A stretch of DNA of 37,646 bases from a virus. Lineage: Duplodnaviria; Caudoviricetes. Every line of letters starts with the position of its first letter. Position 1 is the stretch's first letter. Under the pieces are notes generated by a model. It did not search any database and was not told where the DNA came from. It saw only the letters and a program-made list of their open reading frames with translations. The stretch lies in the IMG/VR virus record IMGVR_UViG_3300013004_000008, positions 1 to 37,646 of that record; one strand, 5' to 3'. Positions 9,233-17,567 of the stretch are shown here, one piece after another. Made by a program: the position numbers and the translations under genes.

Positions 9233-10038
9233 TCGACAAACTTTCCTACAACGGCATCGAAGTGTCGTTTGAGCAAACCTCACGCGAGATTTGCGAGAAG
9301 TGGCTTTCCGCTTTGCCGGATTTCCAACGGAACCTCAAGCCGGAATTCGTCAAGATGGCAGTCCGCGACATGACCAACGATAGATGGTTGTTTACGGGAG
9401 ATGCAATTCGGTTCGATTGCAATGGATCGTTGATCGACGGGCAACATCGAATCAAAGCGTTTTTGGAAGCCGGGTTTTTTCCAATGGTCCTCGTCGTTCG
9501 CGGACTTGATGTGAGGTGCTATCCATTAATCGATGGCGGAACTCCACGCACCTATGCTGACGCATTTAAATACGACGAGATCGCCAACTACACTACGAAG
9601 TCGAGTGTCGCTAAAATGTGGATGAGTTACTCAGACGGCAAGAATCTCGGCAACCGTCGATTCTCAAAGACCGAAGTTCTTGATGCGTATTACCATCATT
9701 ACCAATCCATCGAGTGGGCAATCGAACGGTGGAATGTGCTAGAGGGTCTGGTCAGCAAAACGCGCAAAACCTTCTTCGCATCTCTCGCTCTTGAGCGAAT
9801 TGGGCAGGATAAAACCGAATCGTTCTTCAACGGAGTCGAGACCGGAATCGGGAGTCCTGGTGCAGTGGCATTCCGAAAGATCTTGATTCGCGAGAGCAAC
9901 AAGACGCGAGGTAAATTCTCGCAACATGAGATCGCCGCACTCGGAATCAAGGCACTCAAGGCCCATGCAGAAAACAAGCCCACAACCATTCTTAAATGGG
10001 CATTCGATGAAAGCTTCCCAACACTTGAACAACTATGA
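9229..10038 (+). CDS. ParB/Srx-fold (DGQHR) protein
   Basis: FQRNL...W...GDAIRFDCNGSLIDGQHRIKA and IDGGTPRT; true start at the ATGA overlap 9229. Confidence 0.8.
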   Translation: MIDKLSYNGIEVSFEQTSREICEKWLSALPDFQRNLKPEFVKMAVRDMTNDRWLFTGDAIRFDCNGSLIDGQHRIKAFLEAGFFPMVLVVRGLDVRCYPLIDGGTPRTYADAFKYDEIANYTTKSSVAKMWMSYSDGKNLGNRRFSKTEVLDAYYHHYQSIEWAIERWNVLEGLVSKTRKTFFASLALERIGQDKTESFFNGVETGIGSPGAVAFRKILIRESNKTRGKFSQHEIAALGIKALKAHAENKPTTILKWAFDESFPTLEQL

Positions 10039-10673
10039 ACGAATTCTTCCCTGACTGCCATATCCTCCACATGGCGCAACGATCTGACGCATGGTTCGCC
10101 GCTCGCAAGGGAGTGCTGACCGCAAGCAACTTCGGTCCTTGGTTGCTCAACTCGGGCAAGGTCGCAGAGCAAGCTCGCGAACGTGCGATCTGCAAACTGA
10201 TCGCTGAGAGAGCGAACTGCGAGTCCGCGCCTAACTACGAAAACTGGGCCATGCAGCGAGGCACTGAACTGGAACCTCAGGCAGTTGCTGCTTTCGAAGG
10301 CGAGACCGGGATCAAGGTCGCGGATGTCGGATTCTGCCTCTCAAAATTCGGGCGCTTCGGATGCTCACCGGATGGTCTGATCGTTGGTCAGTCTGTCGGT
10401 TTCGAGGGCAAAGTCCCAGTTCCCGAAACGCATATCCGATACCGTCGCGCAAACGAACTGCCGGAAGAATATCGTTTTCAAATTTATGGTTCGCTCGCCG
10501 TGACAGGAGCCACAGGAGGATGGTGGTTCCAAAGCTGGAATCCCGGTCTCGCTCCGCTCCGCATCCTCGTCGAGCGGGATGAGTTTACCGAAAAGCTCAA
10601 GGCCGCACTGATCTTGTTCTCGGAGCAATACGAAGAGGCATGGGAGCAGGAGATCGCAGCAAACAAGCGATGA
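10035..10673 (+). CDS. YqaJ/lambda exonuclease
   Basis: QRSDAWFAARKGVLTAS, AMQRGTELEP, GCSPDGL, EGKVP, Y.FQ motifs. Confidence 0.95.
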   Translation: MNEFFPDCHILHMAQRSDAWFAARKGVLTASNFGPWLLNSGKVAEQARERAICKLIAERANCESAPNYENWAMQRGTELEPQAVAAFEGETGIKVADVGFCLSKFGRFGCSPDGLIVGQSVGFEGKVPVPETHIRYRRANELPEEYRFQIYGSLAVTGATGGWWFQSWNPGLAPLRILVERDEFTEKLKAALILFSEQYEEAWEQEIAANKR

Positions 10674-10987
10674 AACAATCCCCCACCGCTCGCAGTCTGG
10701 CTCACCTGCGGAAGACCTGCCAGTTGGTCCAGGTTGTTGAGCGGTGGAATTCCTTCACCAAAACCCGTCACGATCTCTTCGGAATCATCGACATCCTCGC
10801 GATCCGCGATGGCGAGACCGTTGCAGTGCAAAGCACCAGTTGGTCGAATACAAAAAGCCGCATCAACAAGATCAACGAATCGGATGCCTTGGAGCATTTA
10901 CGAGCCGCCGGATGGATCTTGCTGGTTCACGGGTGGCGGAAGAACAAAAACGGAAGATACGAACTTAAAGAAATCGACATATCATGA
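10670..10987 (+). CDS. Small PD-(D/E)xK-type nuclease, Holliday junction resolvase-like
   Basis: VERWN...DLFGIIDILAI...AVQST; size and position in the recombination module. Confidence 0.7.
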   Translation: MKQSPTARSLAHLRKTCQLVQVVERWNSFTKTRHDLFGIIDILAIRDGETVAVQSTSWSNTKSRINKINESDALEHLRAAGWILLVHGWRKNKNGRYELKEIDIS

Positions 10988-11841
10988 GCATTTTTGACCC
11001 ACCACCACCAACTGAATACAACTTTCTTTCCCTTGGCGCAGGAGTCCAATCGTCAACCTTGGCGTTAATGGCAGCAAAAGGAGAGATCGGTCCTATGCCG
11101 GATGCCGCAATCTTTGCTGACACTCAAGCGGAACCTGCGAGCGTTTATGAGTGGCTGGATTGGCTTGAGGGGCAACTGCCCTTCCCAGTAATCAGGGTTA
11201 CGCATGGCAACCTCGCTGAAATGGAACTTGTGATGAAGGTCTCAGGCCGATCAGGCAAGACCTATCGCAAATCGCACATCCCGGCCTTTGCGCTCAAGCC
11301 TGATGGGACGAAGGGGATCATCAGCAGGAAATGCACTGCGGACTTCAAGATTCGTCCGATCACATCATGGGTGCGAGGGGCCGCCAAGATTACGCACGGG
11401 CAAAAAGCGGTCACAGTCACGCAATGGATTGGAATTAGCTGGGATGAAACGCAGAGGATGAAACCTCTTCGCGAGTTTTGGCAGCAAGGTCGATGGCCTT
11501 TGATTGAGAGGAAGATGACACGGCGCGACTGTAAGGCATGGATGGCCGCTAACGGTTACCCTGAGCCTCCCCGGTCCGCATGTTCATTCTGTCCATTTCA
11601 CGATGATAACGAGTGGAGAAGACTGCGGGACGATGAGCCGGAAGAGTTTGAAAAAGCGATTGAGTTTGAGAAGCGGATGCAAGCAGCGTCAGCCAAGGAC
11701 GAGACCGCGACTTCAAAACCGTTTCTTCATCCCTCGTTGATTCCGCTTGGTGAGGTCGATTTTCGCACTGACGAGGAAATGGGTCAAATGCAGCTTTGGA
11801 ACACAATTCAAAACGAATGCGCCGGAATGTGCGGAGTATAA
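10984..11841 (+). CDS. PAPS reductase-like / adenine nucleotide alpha-hydrolase family protein
   Basis: SLGAGVQS PP-loop, FADTQAE, RKCTADFKIRP, WIGISWDE, SACSFCP, C-terminal ECAGMCGV. Confidence 0.85.
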   Translation: MSIFDPPPPTEYNFLSLGAGVQSSTLALMAAKGEIGPMPDAAIFADTQAEPASVYEWLDWLEGQLPFPVIRVTHGNLAEMELVMKVSGRSGKTYRKSHIPAFALKPDGTKGIISRKCTADFKIRPITSWVRGAAKITHGQKAVTVTQWIGISWDETQRMKPLREFWQQGRWPLIERKMTRRDCKAWMAANGYPEPPRSACSFCPFHDDNEWRRLRDDEPEEFEKAIEFEKRMQAASAKDETATSKPFLHPSLIPLGEVDFRTDEEMGQMQLWNTIQNECAGMCGV

Positions 11842-11862
11842 CTAAACTTAAAACCAATTTAC

Positions 11863-12042
11863 ATGAAAGACTACCTTATCGGAATTCTCTGCCTGATCAC
11901 GGGACTTGGCTACGGACTTGCCTTCTACTTCGCCCTCGAAATGGGCGAGCAGCGGGACGAGAAAGATCGGGCCATTGCGGAACTGACTGAGGTCAGGGTG
12001 ATGGCGGAATGGTCACGCTTTGAAGAGGGGAGGGTGAAATGA
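11863..12042 (+). CDS. Small membrane-anchored protein (59 aa; not in ORF track)
   Basis: MKDYLIGILCLITGLGYGLAFYFALEMGEQ...; A-rich leader and ATGA overlap with the next gene. Confidence 0.65.
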   Translation: MKDYLIGILCLITGLGYGLAFYFALEMGEQRDEKDRAIAELTEVRVMAEWSRFEEGRVK

Positions 12043-12434
12043 CACAAGAACAAATGCGATTTGAGGCGGCGAAGGCGGCAATGCAGTCCATTGTCCTAAA
12101 CTCGCGATGGGACAGATGCCACTGGGACGTTATTGCCGAAGCGGCGGTAGATGCCGCAGACTGCTTGCTGGAAGCTCTTGCCAAATACCCATCTAACGAG
12201 GAATCCTCAGTAGCTCCAGACGATGATGGGTGGGTTCATCGCGCCCCAGGTGATCCCGTGCCTAGTAATGAGTTCACGAATGTTGAAGTCATGTTTCCTG
12301 ATGGGGAAATCCTAAGTGGCACGGTTGGATATTGGCGCGGCGACGGGCGCGACCCTAAAAACCCCGTTGGGAACTGGAGCAAGTGCGAAGAAAACCCAAA
12401 TGACGCGATCATCGCATGGAGACCTTCATTATGA
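12039..12434 (+). CDS. Hypothetical protein (131 aa)
   Basis: Overlapping start and stop; AAKAAMQ...AVDAADCLL and IIAWRP phage-type segments. Confidence 0.7.
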   Translation: MTQEQMRFEAAKAAMQSIVLNSRWDRCHWDVIAEAAVDAADCLLEALAKYPSNEESSVAPDDDGWVHRAPGDPVPSNEFTNVEVMFPDGEILSGTVGYWRGDGRDPKNPVGNWSKCEENPNDAIIAWRPSL

Positions 12435-12670
12435 GCAAAAGCCTCTACCACGATCAAATCCTCGATCTCCTGTCTGACGGTCTGGAGCGCACGGTCGAGG
12501 AGATCCGCAAGGCAGTTGACGCTCCAGCCGGGGCGCGAATGCATCACATTCTTTCGGAGATGCTCACGTTCGCCAGCCAACGGAGATACCCGTATCGCCT
12601 GCGGTCGAGGAGGATCTGCGGGAAGATTTACTACCGTTACGTTACCCGTACGCAAACTAACGCAAACTAA
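12431..12670 (+). CDS. Putative winged-helix DNA-binding protein (79 aa)
   Basis: ILDLLSDGLERTVEEIR helix pattern and terminal beta hairpin (RRICGKIYYRY); its stop lies inside the repeat array. Confidence 0.55.
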   Translation: MSKSLYHDQILDLLSDGLERTVEEIRKAVDAPAGARMHHILSEMLTFASQRRYPYRLRSRRICGKIYYRYVTRTQTNAN

Positions 12671-12714
12671 CGCACCGTAACGCACCGTAACGCACCGTAA
12701 CGCACCGTAACGCC
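12651..12714 (+). repeat. Tandem 10-bp repeat array (CGCAAACTAA x2, CGCACCGTAA x4), iteron-like
   Basis: TAACGC at 12658, 12668, 12678, 12688, 12698 and 12708, abutting the initiator ATG at 12715. Confidence 0.95.
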
Positions 12715-13584
12715 ATGTCATACATAAAGCTCTTTTCCTCGCTCGTAACGTCCACAATCTGGATGGAAGACGACAAGACGCGCATCGTCTGGATCACCAT
12801 GCTCGCAATCGCCGACAAGAACGGAGAGATCCAGGCATCGATTCCCGGCCTTGCTCGCATCGCGGGAGTCCCGGTTCCTGATGTCGAGGTCGCGATCAAG
12901 AAGTTCCTTGCGCCAGACGAACACTCGCGAACTCCTGACGATGAGGGGCGTAGGATCGAAAAGATCGACGGTGGATGGTCGCTTCTCAATCATGCGAAGT
13001 ATCGGGCGATGGCATCGAAGGACGAGTCCAAAACCTCCAACGCGGAGCGTCAACGCCGACATCGCGAGCGTCAAAAGCGTAACGGTCGCGTAACGCTTAG
13101 TAACGCTCCCGTAACGCCTAATAACGCTACAGTAACGCATGACAGGGACATAGCAGAAGCAGAAGCAGAGAATAAGAATATGATCGAGCAAGGCTCTCTC
13201 AATTCTTATTCTGCGGAGGAATTCGATTTGTCGGATTCCCAAGTCCTTGCTCGCGAAGGAAAGGGACTCGAAAGCCTTGCCGCTCGCATCAACCTCGATC
13301 CGAACGAGATGCTGAAATTCGCCAAGGAGAACATGATCCCAGAAAAGATCGTTAGGACTTGGGCATCCTCCCGCGTTGTCAACGGATGGAAAACTAAGAA
13401 CAAAGTCGCAATCAACGCTGACAACTGGAGGCTTGATCTAGAAAACTTCACAACTGTTGCTGAAACATTTACAAAAACGAACAATGGAAAAAATCATTCA
13501 TCTCACAACCGCAACGATGGCACAGCTAACGCAGGTCGAGCGAGTGCCTTCGGTGACCTTGGAAAGCGTCTGCCCGAACTATGA
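12715..13584 (+). CDS. Phage replication initiator (lambda O-like architecture)
   Basis: N-terminal YIKLFSSLVTSTIW...VWITMLAIAD HTH-type domain, AERQRRHRER helix, internal iterons, followed by a DnaC-like ATPase. Confidence 0.85.
   Translation: MSYIKLFSSLVTSTIWMEDDKTRIVWITMLAIADKNGEIQASIPGLARIAGVPVPDVEVAIKKFLAPDEHSRTPDDEGRRIEKIDGGWSLLNHAKYRAMASKDESKTSNAERQRRHRERQKRNGRVTLSNAPVTPNNATVTHDRDIAEAEAENKNMIEQGSLNSYSAEEFDLSDSQVLAREGKGLESLAARINLDPNEMLKFAKENMIPEKIVRTWASSRVVNGWKTKNKVAINADNWRLDLENFTTVAETFTKTNNGKNHSSHNRNDGTANAGRASAFGDLGKRLPEL
13079..13212 (+). repeat. Putative replication origin inside the initiator gene
   Basis: RTAACG at 13079, 13090, 13100, 13111, 13121 and 13132 (spacing 11/10/11/10/11), then an AT-rich perfect inverted repeat AGAATAAGAAT (13169-13179) / ATTCTTATTCT (13202-13212). 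Confidence 0.8.
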
Positions 13585-14071
13585 CCCTAGCTTTCATTCT
13601 GAGAGCGCGGGAGCAGTGTCCGCTGTCCTGACCTTCCTCGACTCTACAAACGCAGGAGACGGCAAATGGTGCGCGTTAACGGGGGTCTCAGGGGTGGGGA
13701 AGACAATGCTGGCTCGATCAGCGCACCAGTTTCTGAAAAAGAGGGGAATTCGGTCCAACTTCCTGCGGTGGATCACTATCGTGGACTACATGAGGAGAGG
13801 TGACTTCGGAGTGATCGATCACGTCTGCGATGCCCAGGTGGCGTTTATCGACGATATCGGCGCGGCTTATGAGAGCGCGTTGTCGAAGGCGAAGATCTTG
13901 GAGATCGCGGAACGTCGCATGGGGAAGGCGACATTTTGGACTTCTAACCTGACGCTCCAGCAGATCGCGGAGCAGGTCGATGTTCGCGTTGCCTCTCGGA
14001 TGGTGCGGGATGGGAATCGCGTGTTTGAGTTTAGGGATTGTCCCGATTGGTCCTTGGCGAATTACAAGTGA
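13484..14071 (+). CDS. DnaC/IstB-like AAA+ helicase loader
   Basis: Walker A GVSGVGKT, Walker B FIDDIG, TSNL, RVASRM. The start is uncertain (13484 or 13517). Confidence 0.9.
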   Translation: MEKIIHLTTATMAQLTQVERVPSVTLESVCPNYDPSFHSESAGAVSAVLTFLDSTNAGDGKWCALTGVSGVGKTMLARSAHQFLKKRGIRSNFLRWITIVDYMRRGDFGVIDHVCDAQVAFIDDIGAAYESALSKAKILEIAERRMGKATFWTSNLTLQQIAEQVDVRVASRMVRDGNRVFEFRDCPDWSLANYK

Positions 14072-14084
14072 ACGGGAGGACAAC

Positions 14085-14315
14085 ATGGGAAGACATCTTG
14101 AACCAGGACCAGTGCATCGCGAGACCTTGAGAAGGCGAAGGCTTCGCGCCGAAGGCAAGTGCGTTGACTGCATGGACCCTGCCTACAATGGCGGATCAAG
14201 ATGCCAGCCCTGCGGTCTGCGGTTGCGCGAGGAGAGCCGCATCTACAAGCGACTCGGGACGAATACTAAGCCGGATGCTCCGCTCTTGGTGCGAAGCGGG
14301 AAGCGAATTTACTGA
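14085..14315 (+). CDS. Small basic Zn-finger protein
   Basis: GKCVDC...RCQPC with Arg-rich flanks; GGAGG upstream of ATG 14085. Confidence 0.7.
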   Translation: MGRHLEPGPVHRETLRRRRLRAEGKCVDCMDPAYNGGSRCQPCGLRLREESRIYKRLGTNTKPDAPLLVRSGKRIY

Positions 14316-14316
14316 C

Positions 14317-14340
14317 TTGACAGGTTGCGTTTGACGGTAA
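14317..14340 (+). promoter_or_regulatory. Putative late promoter motif ahead of the terminase block
   Basis: TTGACA-N7-TTTGACGGTAA, with 11 nt to ATG 14352. Confidence 0.55.
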
Positions 14341-14351
14341 GCATGAAAGAA

Positions 14352-14522
14352 ATGAGCGACGACAGCAACAAGTTTACTTGGGAGGAACTGGATCTGATCC
14401 GTTACTACCTCGTTGAGAATAAGAAGGAGTTTACGGAGTTCGCCACTGAGTTTGGCGATGATGAGGACGTTGTCGAGGAGATCCTCTCGAAACTCTGGGG
14501 AGCGATGGAAGAACTGGTATGA
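14352..14522 (+). CDS. Small acidic hypothetical protein
   Basis: ATGA overlap with TerS; the start could alternatively be 14343. Confidence 0.6.
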   Translation: MSDDSNKFTWEELDLIRYYLVENKKEFTEFATEFGDDEDVVEEILSKLWGAMEELV

Positions 14523-15010
14523 GCATTCCCGGCGACAGCAACCTCACCGTGAGGCAGGCGCGATTCGCCGAACTCTACCATCGATACGGCAATGGAACTC
14601 GGGCGTATGGGGAAGCCGGGAACATCGCAAAAACTGACGAAGGCAACTACCCTTCATGGGTAACGGTCGAGGCGCATCGTCTCCTCAGAAATCCCAACGT
14701 TAAGGAAGAGATCAATCGGCTCATTGGAGACGCGCAAGCTCTTGCGTCGATGACCGTGGACGAACTGCTCGATTTTCACGCAACCGTTGTGAGGACTCCG
14801 GTTGGCGAGGTTGGGCCGGATTCGCCATTTTGCGAGGAGTATGAGGTCAAGCCAGACGGCACGGTCAAGGTGAAGATGGTTTCAAAGGTCGCATCCTCGC
14901 GGGAGATCGCTCGACTCACTGGTATGGACTCACCGCAGAAGGTCGAGATCTCCGCTGAGAACGAGTTCCTCGGGATGCTCGCGGCTTTGACACAATCGAA
15001 AAACGATTAA
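14519..15010 (+). CDS. terS: Terminase small subunit
   Basis: LTVRQARFAELY...NGTRAYGEAG...AHRLLRNPNVKEEI HTH pattern; upstream of TerL. Confidence 0.9.
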   Translation: MSIPGDSNLTVRQARFAELYHRYGNGTRAYGEAGNIAKTDEGNYPSWVTVEAHRLLRNPNVKEEINRLIGDAQALASMTVDELLDFHATVVRTPVGEVGPDSPFCEEYEVKPDGTVKVKMVSKVASSREIARLTGMDSPQKVEISAENEFLGMLAALTQSKND

Positions 15011-15012
15011 TT

Positions 15013-15288
15013 ATGGCAATCAAAAGAACGCACGATGTAGTAGCCACTGTCGGAGTCTACAAGGACCGGGACGGCAAGGAAAAGAAACGATACGTCAACT
15101 GCGGCTCCGCATTCCTCGATGACTCAGGCCGGATGTCGATCAAGCTGGACACGATCCCGGTCTCGCCGGAATGGTCTGGCTGGATCTCGCTCTATGCGGT
15201 CGAGAAGCGGGATGCCCCTGCGCCTGCTACCGCTGATCGGTATCGAGGAGCGCCGGATGGGCCGGATGGTGAGGACATTCCGTTTTGA
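15013..15288 (+). CDS. Small single-stranded DNA-binding-like protein
   Basis: Short beta-rich body (YKDRDGKEKKRYVNCG.AF, IKLDTIP) with an acidic tail ending EDIPF. Confidence 0.75.
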   Translation: MAIKRTHDVVATVGVYKDRDGKEKKRYVNCGSAFLDDSGRMSIKLDTIPVSPEWSGWISLYAVEKRDAPAPATADRYRGAPDGPDGEDIPF

Positions 15289-15290
15289 CC

Positions 15291-16904
15291 ATGTCGCCTG
15301 AGATCCAGGCATTGAAGGATCGCCTGTCTAACAAGGATTGGCGGATGCGCCACCTGTATCTGATCCTCGACGAGGAAGGCAGGACCGTTCCGTTTGTGAT
15401 GCGGGGCGAGCAGGAGCAGTTCCTGCGGGAGCGGCACAACCGGAACTTCATTCCGAAAGCTCGAAAGCTTGGGATGTCTACTGCCATCGTGCTAGCGAAC
15501 CTCGATGACTGTATTTTTAACGGCAATCTCGCGGCAGGGATCATCGATCTAACCAAGGATGACGCGTTCGCGAAGCTGTCGATGGCAAGGTTCGCATGGG
15601 CGTCTGGACCGTTGCATCCAGATCCCGCTATCGGTGCGCTTTGGAAGTCATTACACAAAGCCAATCCGCTTGAAAAGGATGCCGGGGGCGAGATGGTCTG
15701 GCGCAATGGATCGCGGATCACGGCAGGTGTAGCGTTCACCGGACGCACTCCGCAACGCCTGCACATATCGGAATTCGGGCCGATCTCAGCGAAGTTCCCG
15801 GCCAAAGCTACAGGGATCAAGCGAGGCGCATTCAATTCGCTTCCTCCCGGCGGGATCATCGACATCGAGACAACGATGGAAGGTGGACAGTGGGGCGAGT
15901 GCTACAGCATTTTCCAGCTATCCCTTGAGGCAGCAAAGTTCGATGCGCTCACGCCATTGGATTGGCGACTCCACTTTTTCCCTTGGTGGGGGCATCCTTC
16001 CTACGTCCTGCCGGGGGTCAAGCCTGGTAGAGCGGAGACCTTCGAATATTTCGAAGGACTGAAGGCGAAGTACGGCATCGAGATCCCGCTCGACCGTCAG
16101 GCATTCTACGAGCGCAGGAAAGCAGAGCAGGGCGAGGAGATGTGGCAACAGTTCCCGTCTGTCATTGAGGAGGTGGATCGCCAGATTGTTCCCGGCCAGA
16201 TCTATCCTGAGATGAAGACGTTGCGCTCGACCAAGCGGGTGTCTGAGTTCGCGCAGGAGAAGGGCTATCCGATTTTCACGGCATGGGATCTGGGAAGCTC
16301 CGACAACATGGCAGGGTCGCTGATCCAGCCAGCCGGGAAGGCACACAATTTCCTTGCCGGATGCGTAGGGGAGGGCGCAGGAGCGGCAGGAGTCGCGGAG
16401 GTGATCCGCAAATGGGAGGAGGAATTTGGCCCGATCCTCACGCACTTCCTCCCGCATGATTGCGAAATCACCGACAAGGGGAGTGGGAAGACTTACCTCC
16501 AGCAATTGGTCGAGTGCGGAATCCCGCGCAAAAACATTGCCGTTGTCCCGCGCATTCCCGATCTATGGGTAGGCATCGACGAGGTCAGGCGCATCCTCCC
16601 GAACTGCTGGTTCCATTCCCGCATGGATGAGCCGATTTTCTCGGAGTCCGGCGCAAAGCTCCCGTCCCTAGTGGGAAGGCTGGAAGGCTACCGGAAGAAA
16701 CTCGACTCCTCGACCGGGATCGTCAGGGATGTCCCGGTTCACGATCTTTGCTCGCACTACGCCGATTCTGTCCGCACTTACGCCGAAGCACTGTCGAGGG
16801 GATTGGTGCGCGGGAACGTCCAACGAGTTGCTGCCGCGCAGGTAGTTAGTGGCTTTCGAGGTGCGGCACAACCACAACGAAAACAGGCAAGAGTCCTATC
16901 ATGA
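15291..16904 (+). CDS. terL: Terminase large subunit
   Basis: PKARKLGMST Walker A, LHISE Walker B, AWDLG, LPHD and HD..SHYAD nuclease motifs. Confidence 0.95.
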   Translation: MSPEIQALKDRLSNKDWRMRHLYLILDEEGRTVPFVMRGEQEQFLRERHNRNFIPKARKLGMSTAIVLANLDDCIFNGNLAAGIIDLTKDDAFAKLSMARFAWASGPLHPDPAIGALWKSLHKANPLEKDAGGEMVWRNGSRITAGVAFTGRTPQRLHISEFGPISAKFPAKATGIKRGAFNSLPPGGIIDIETTMEGGQWGECYSIFQLSLEAAKFDALTPLDWRLHFFPWWGHPSYVLPGVKPGRAETFEYFEGLKAKYGIEIPLDRQAFYERRKAEQGEEMWQQFPSVIEEVDRQIVPGQIYPEMKTLRSTKRVSEFAQEKGYPIFTAWDLGSSDNMAGSLIQPAGKAHNFLAGCVGEGAGAAGVAEVIRKWEEEFGPILTHFLPHDCEITDKGSGKTYLQQLVECGIPRKNIAVVPRIPDLWVGIDEVRRILPNCWFHSRMDEPIFSESGAKLPSLVGRLEGYRKKLDSSTGIVRDVPVHDLCSHYADSVRTYAEALSRGLVRGNVQRVAAAQVVSGFRGAAQPQRKQARVLS

Positions 16905-17326
16905 CTCCGCTCGAAACGGCAAGGGAAACGCATGAGCGGTATGGCGTTGAACCGTTCCACCAGGCACTCGCCGCACATCTAGCGCATGGGGTTGTCATCT
17001 CGACACCGGAGGTTTTCCTGCTGATGCGACCAGTAAATACCGCAGGCAGGCGCGAAAAGTTCGATGATCCAGGCTATATGTTCGACAATCCTGACTGCTG
17101 GCACTGCTACCTAGCCTCGGGCGATCTGTCCCAATTCGGTCGATATATCCCCTATTTCTTGCCGTTTATATCCTATGTGCGAAAAAATCAGTTGCGCGTT
17201 CGACCTTTGACGCAAACACGATTTCTTCATGGGTGGAAAACAGAAACTCGCAGATGCGCAGTCGAAAGCGGCACAGATCGCTCAACAGACTGCGATGAAA
17301 CAAGCGAAGGCAGCACGCGCTGCTAA
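16901..17326 (+). CDS. Hypothetical protein between TerL and portal
   Basis: ATGA overlap with TerL; the 3' end overlaps the next gene by 98 nt. Confidence 0.65.
   Translation: MTPLETARETHERYGVEPFHQALAAHLAHGVVISTPEVFLLMRPVNTAGRREKFDDPGYMFDNPDCWHCYLASGDLSQFGRYIPYFLPFISYVRKNQLRVRPLTQTRFLHGWKTETRRCAVESGTDRSTDCDETSEGSTRC
17192..17216 (+). promoter_or_regulatory. Putative late promoter motif ahead of the portal block
   Basis: A-tract, then TTGCGC-N8-TTTGACGCAAA, with 12 nt to ATG 17229. Confidence 0.65.
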
Positions 17327-17567
17327 CCGCGTTGCAGTCCGAACCGCATCACAGGACCGTCGAGTCGGGGCGCGACAGAATGCTGCACTGATTGCCGCCG
17401 AACGGGATAGTGCTGCCGCTCTTGCCGCTCTTGATCAGGGCAATGTGCAGACTGAGTTCATCGAGGACGATGAGATGATGCGCCGACAGGGAGGTCGAAA
17501 AGGGGCATACTCATTCGGCAGGCCCATGTCTACCATGCTCGGCGGTGGCGATACCCGACTGGGATGA
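17229..17567 (+). CDS. Small Ala/Gln-rich protein preceding the portal
   Basis: MGG start and ...LG end, as in small pre-portal podovirus proteins; ATGA overlap with the portal. Confidence 0.75.
   Translation: MGGKQKLADAQSKAAQIAQQTAMKQAKAARAANRVAVRTASQDRRVGARQNAALIAAERDSAAALAALDQGNVQTEFIEDDEMMRRQGGRKGAYSFGRPMSTMLGGGDTRLG

Noticed and set aside
9229-11841. Complete Dnd/Ssp phosphorothioation system
   Set aside because: No DndD ATPase, DndE or cysteine desulfurase was recognised, and the two genes are not adjacent.
12651-12714. Tandem repeats as a CRISPR array
   Set aside because: The 10 bp units are contiguous with no spacers, there are no cas genes, and the core matches the iterons in the initiator gene.
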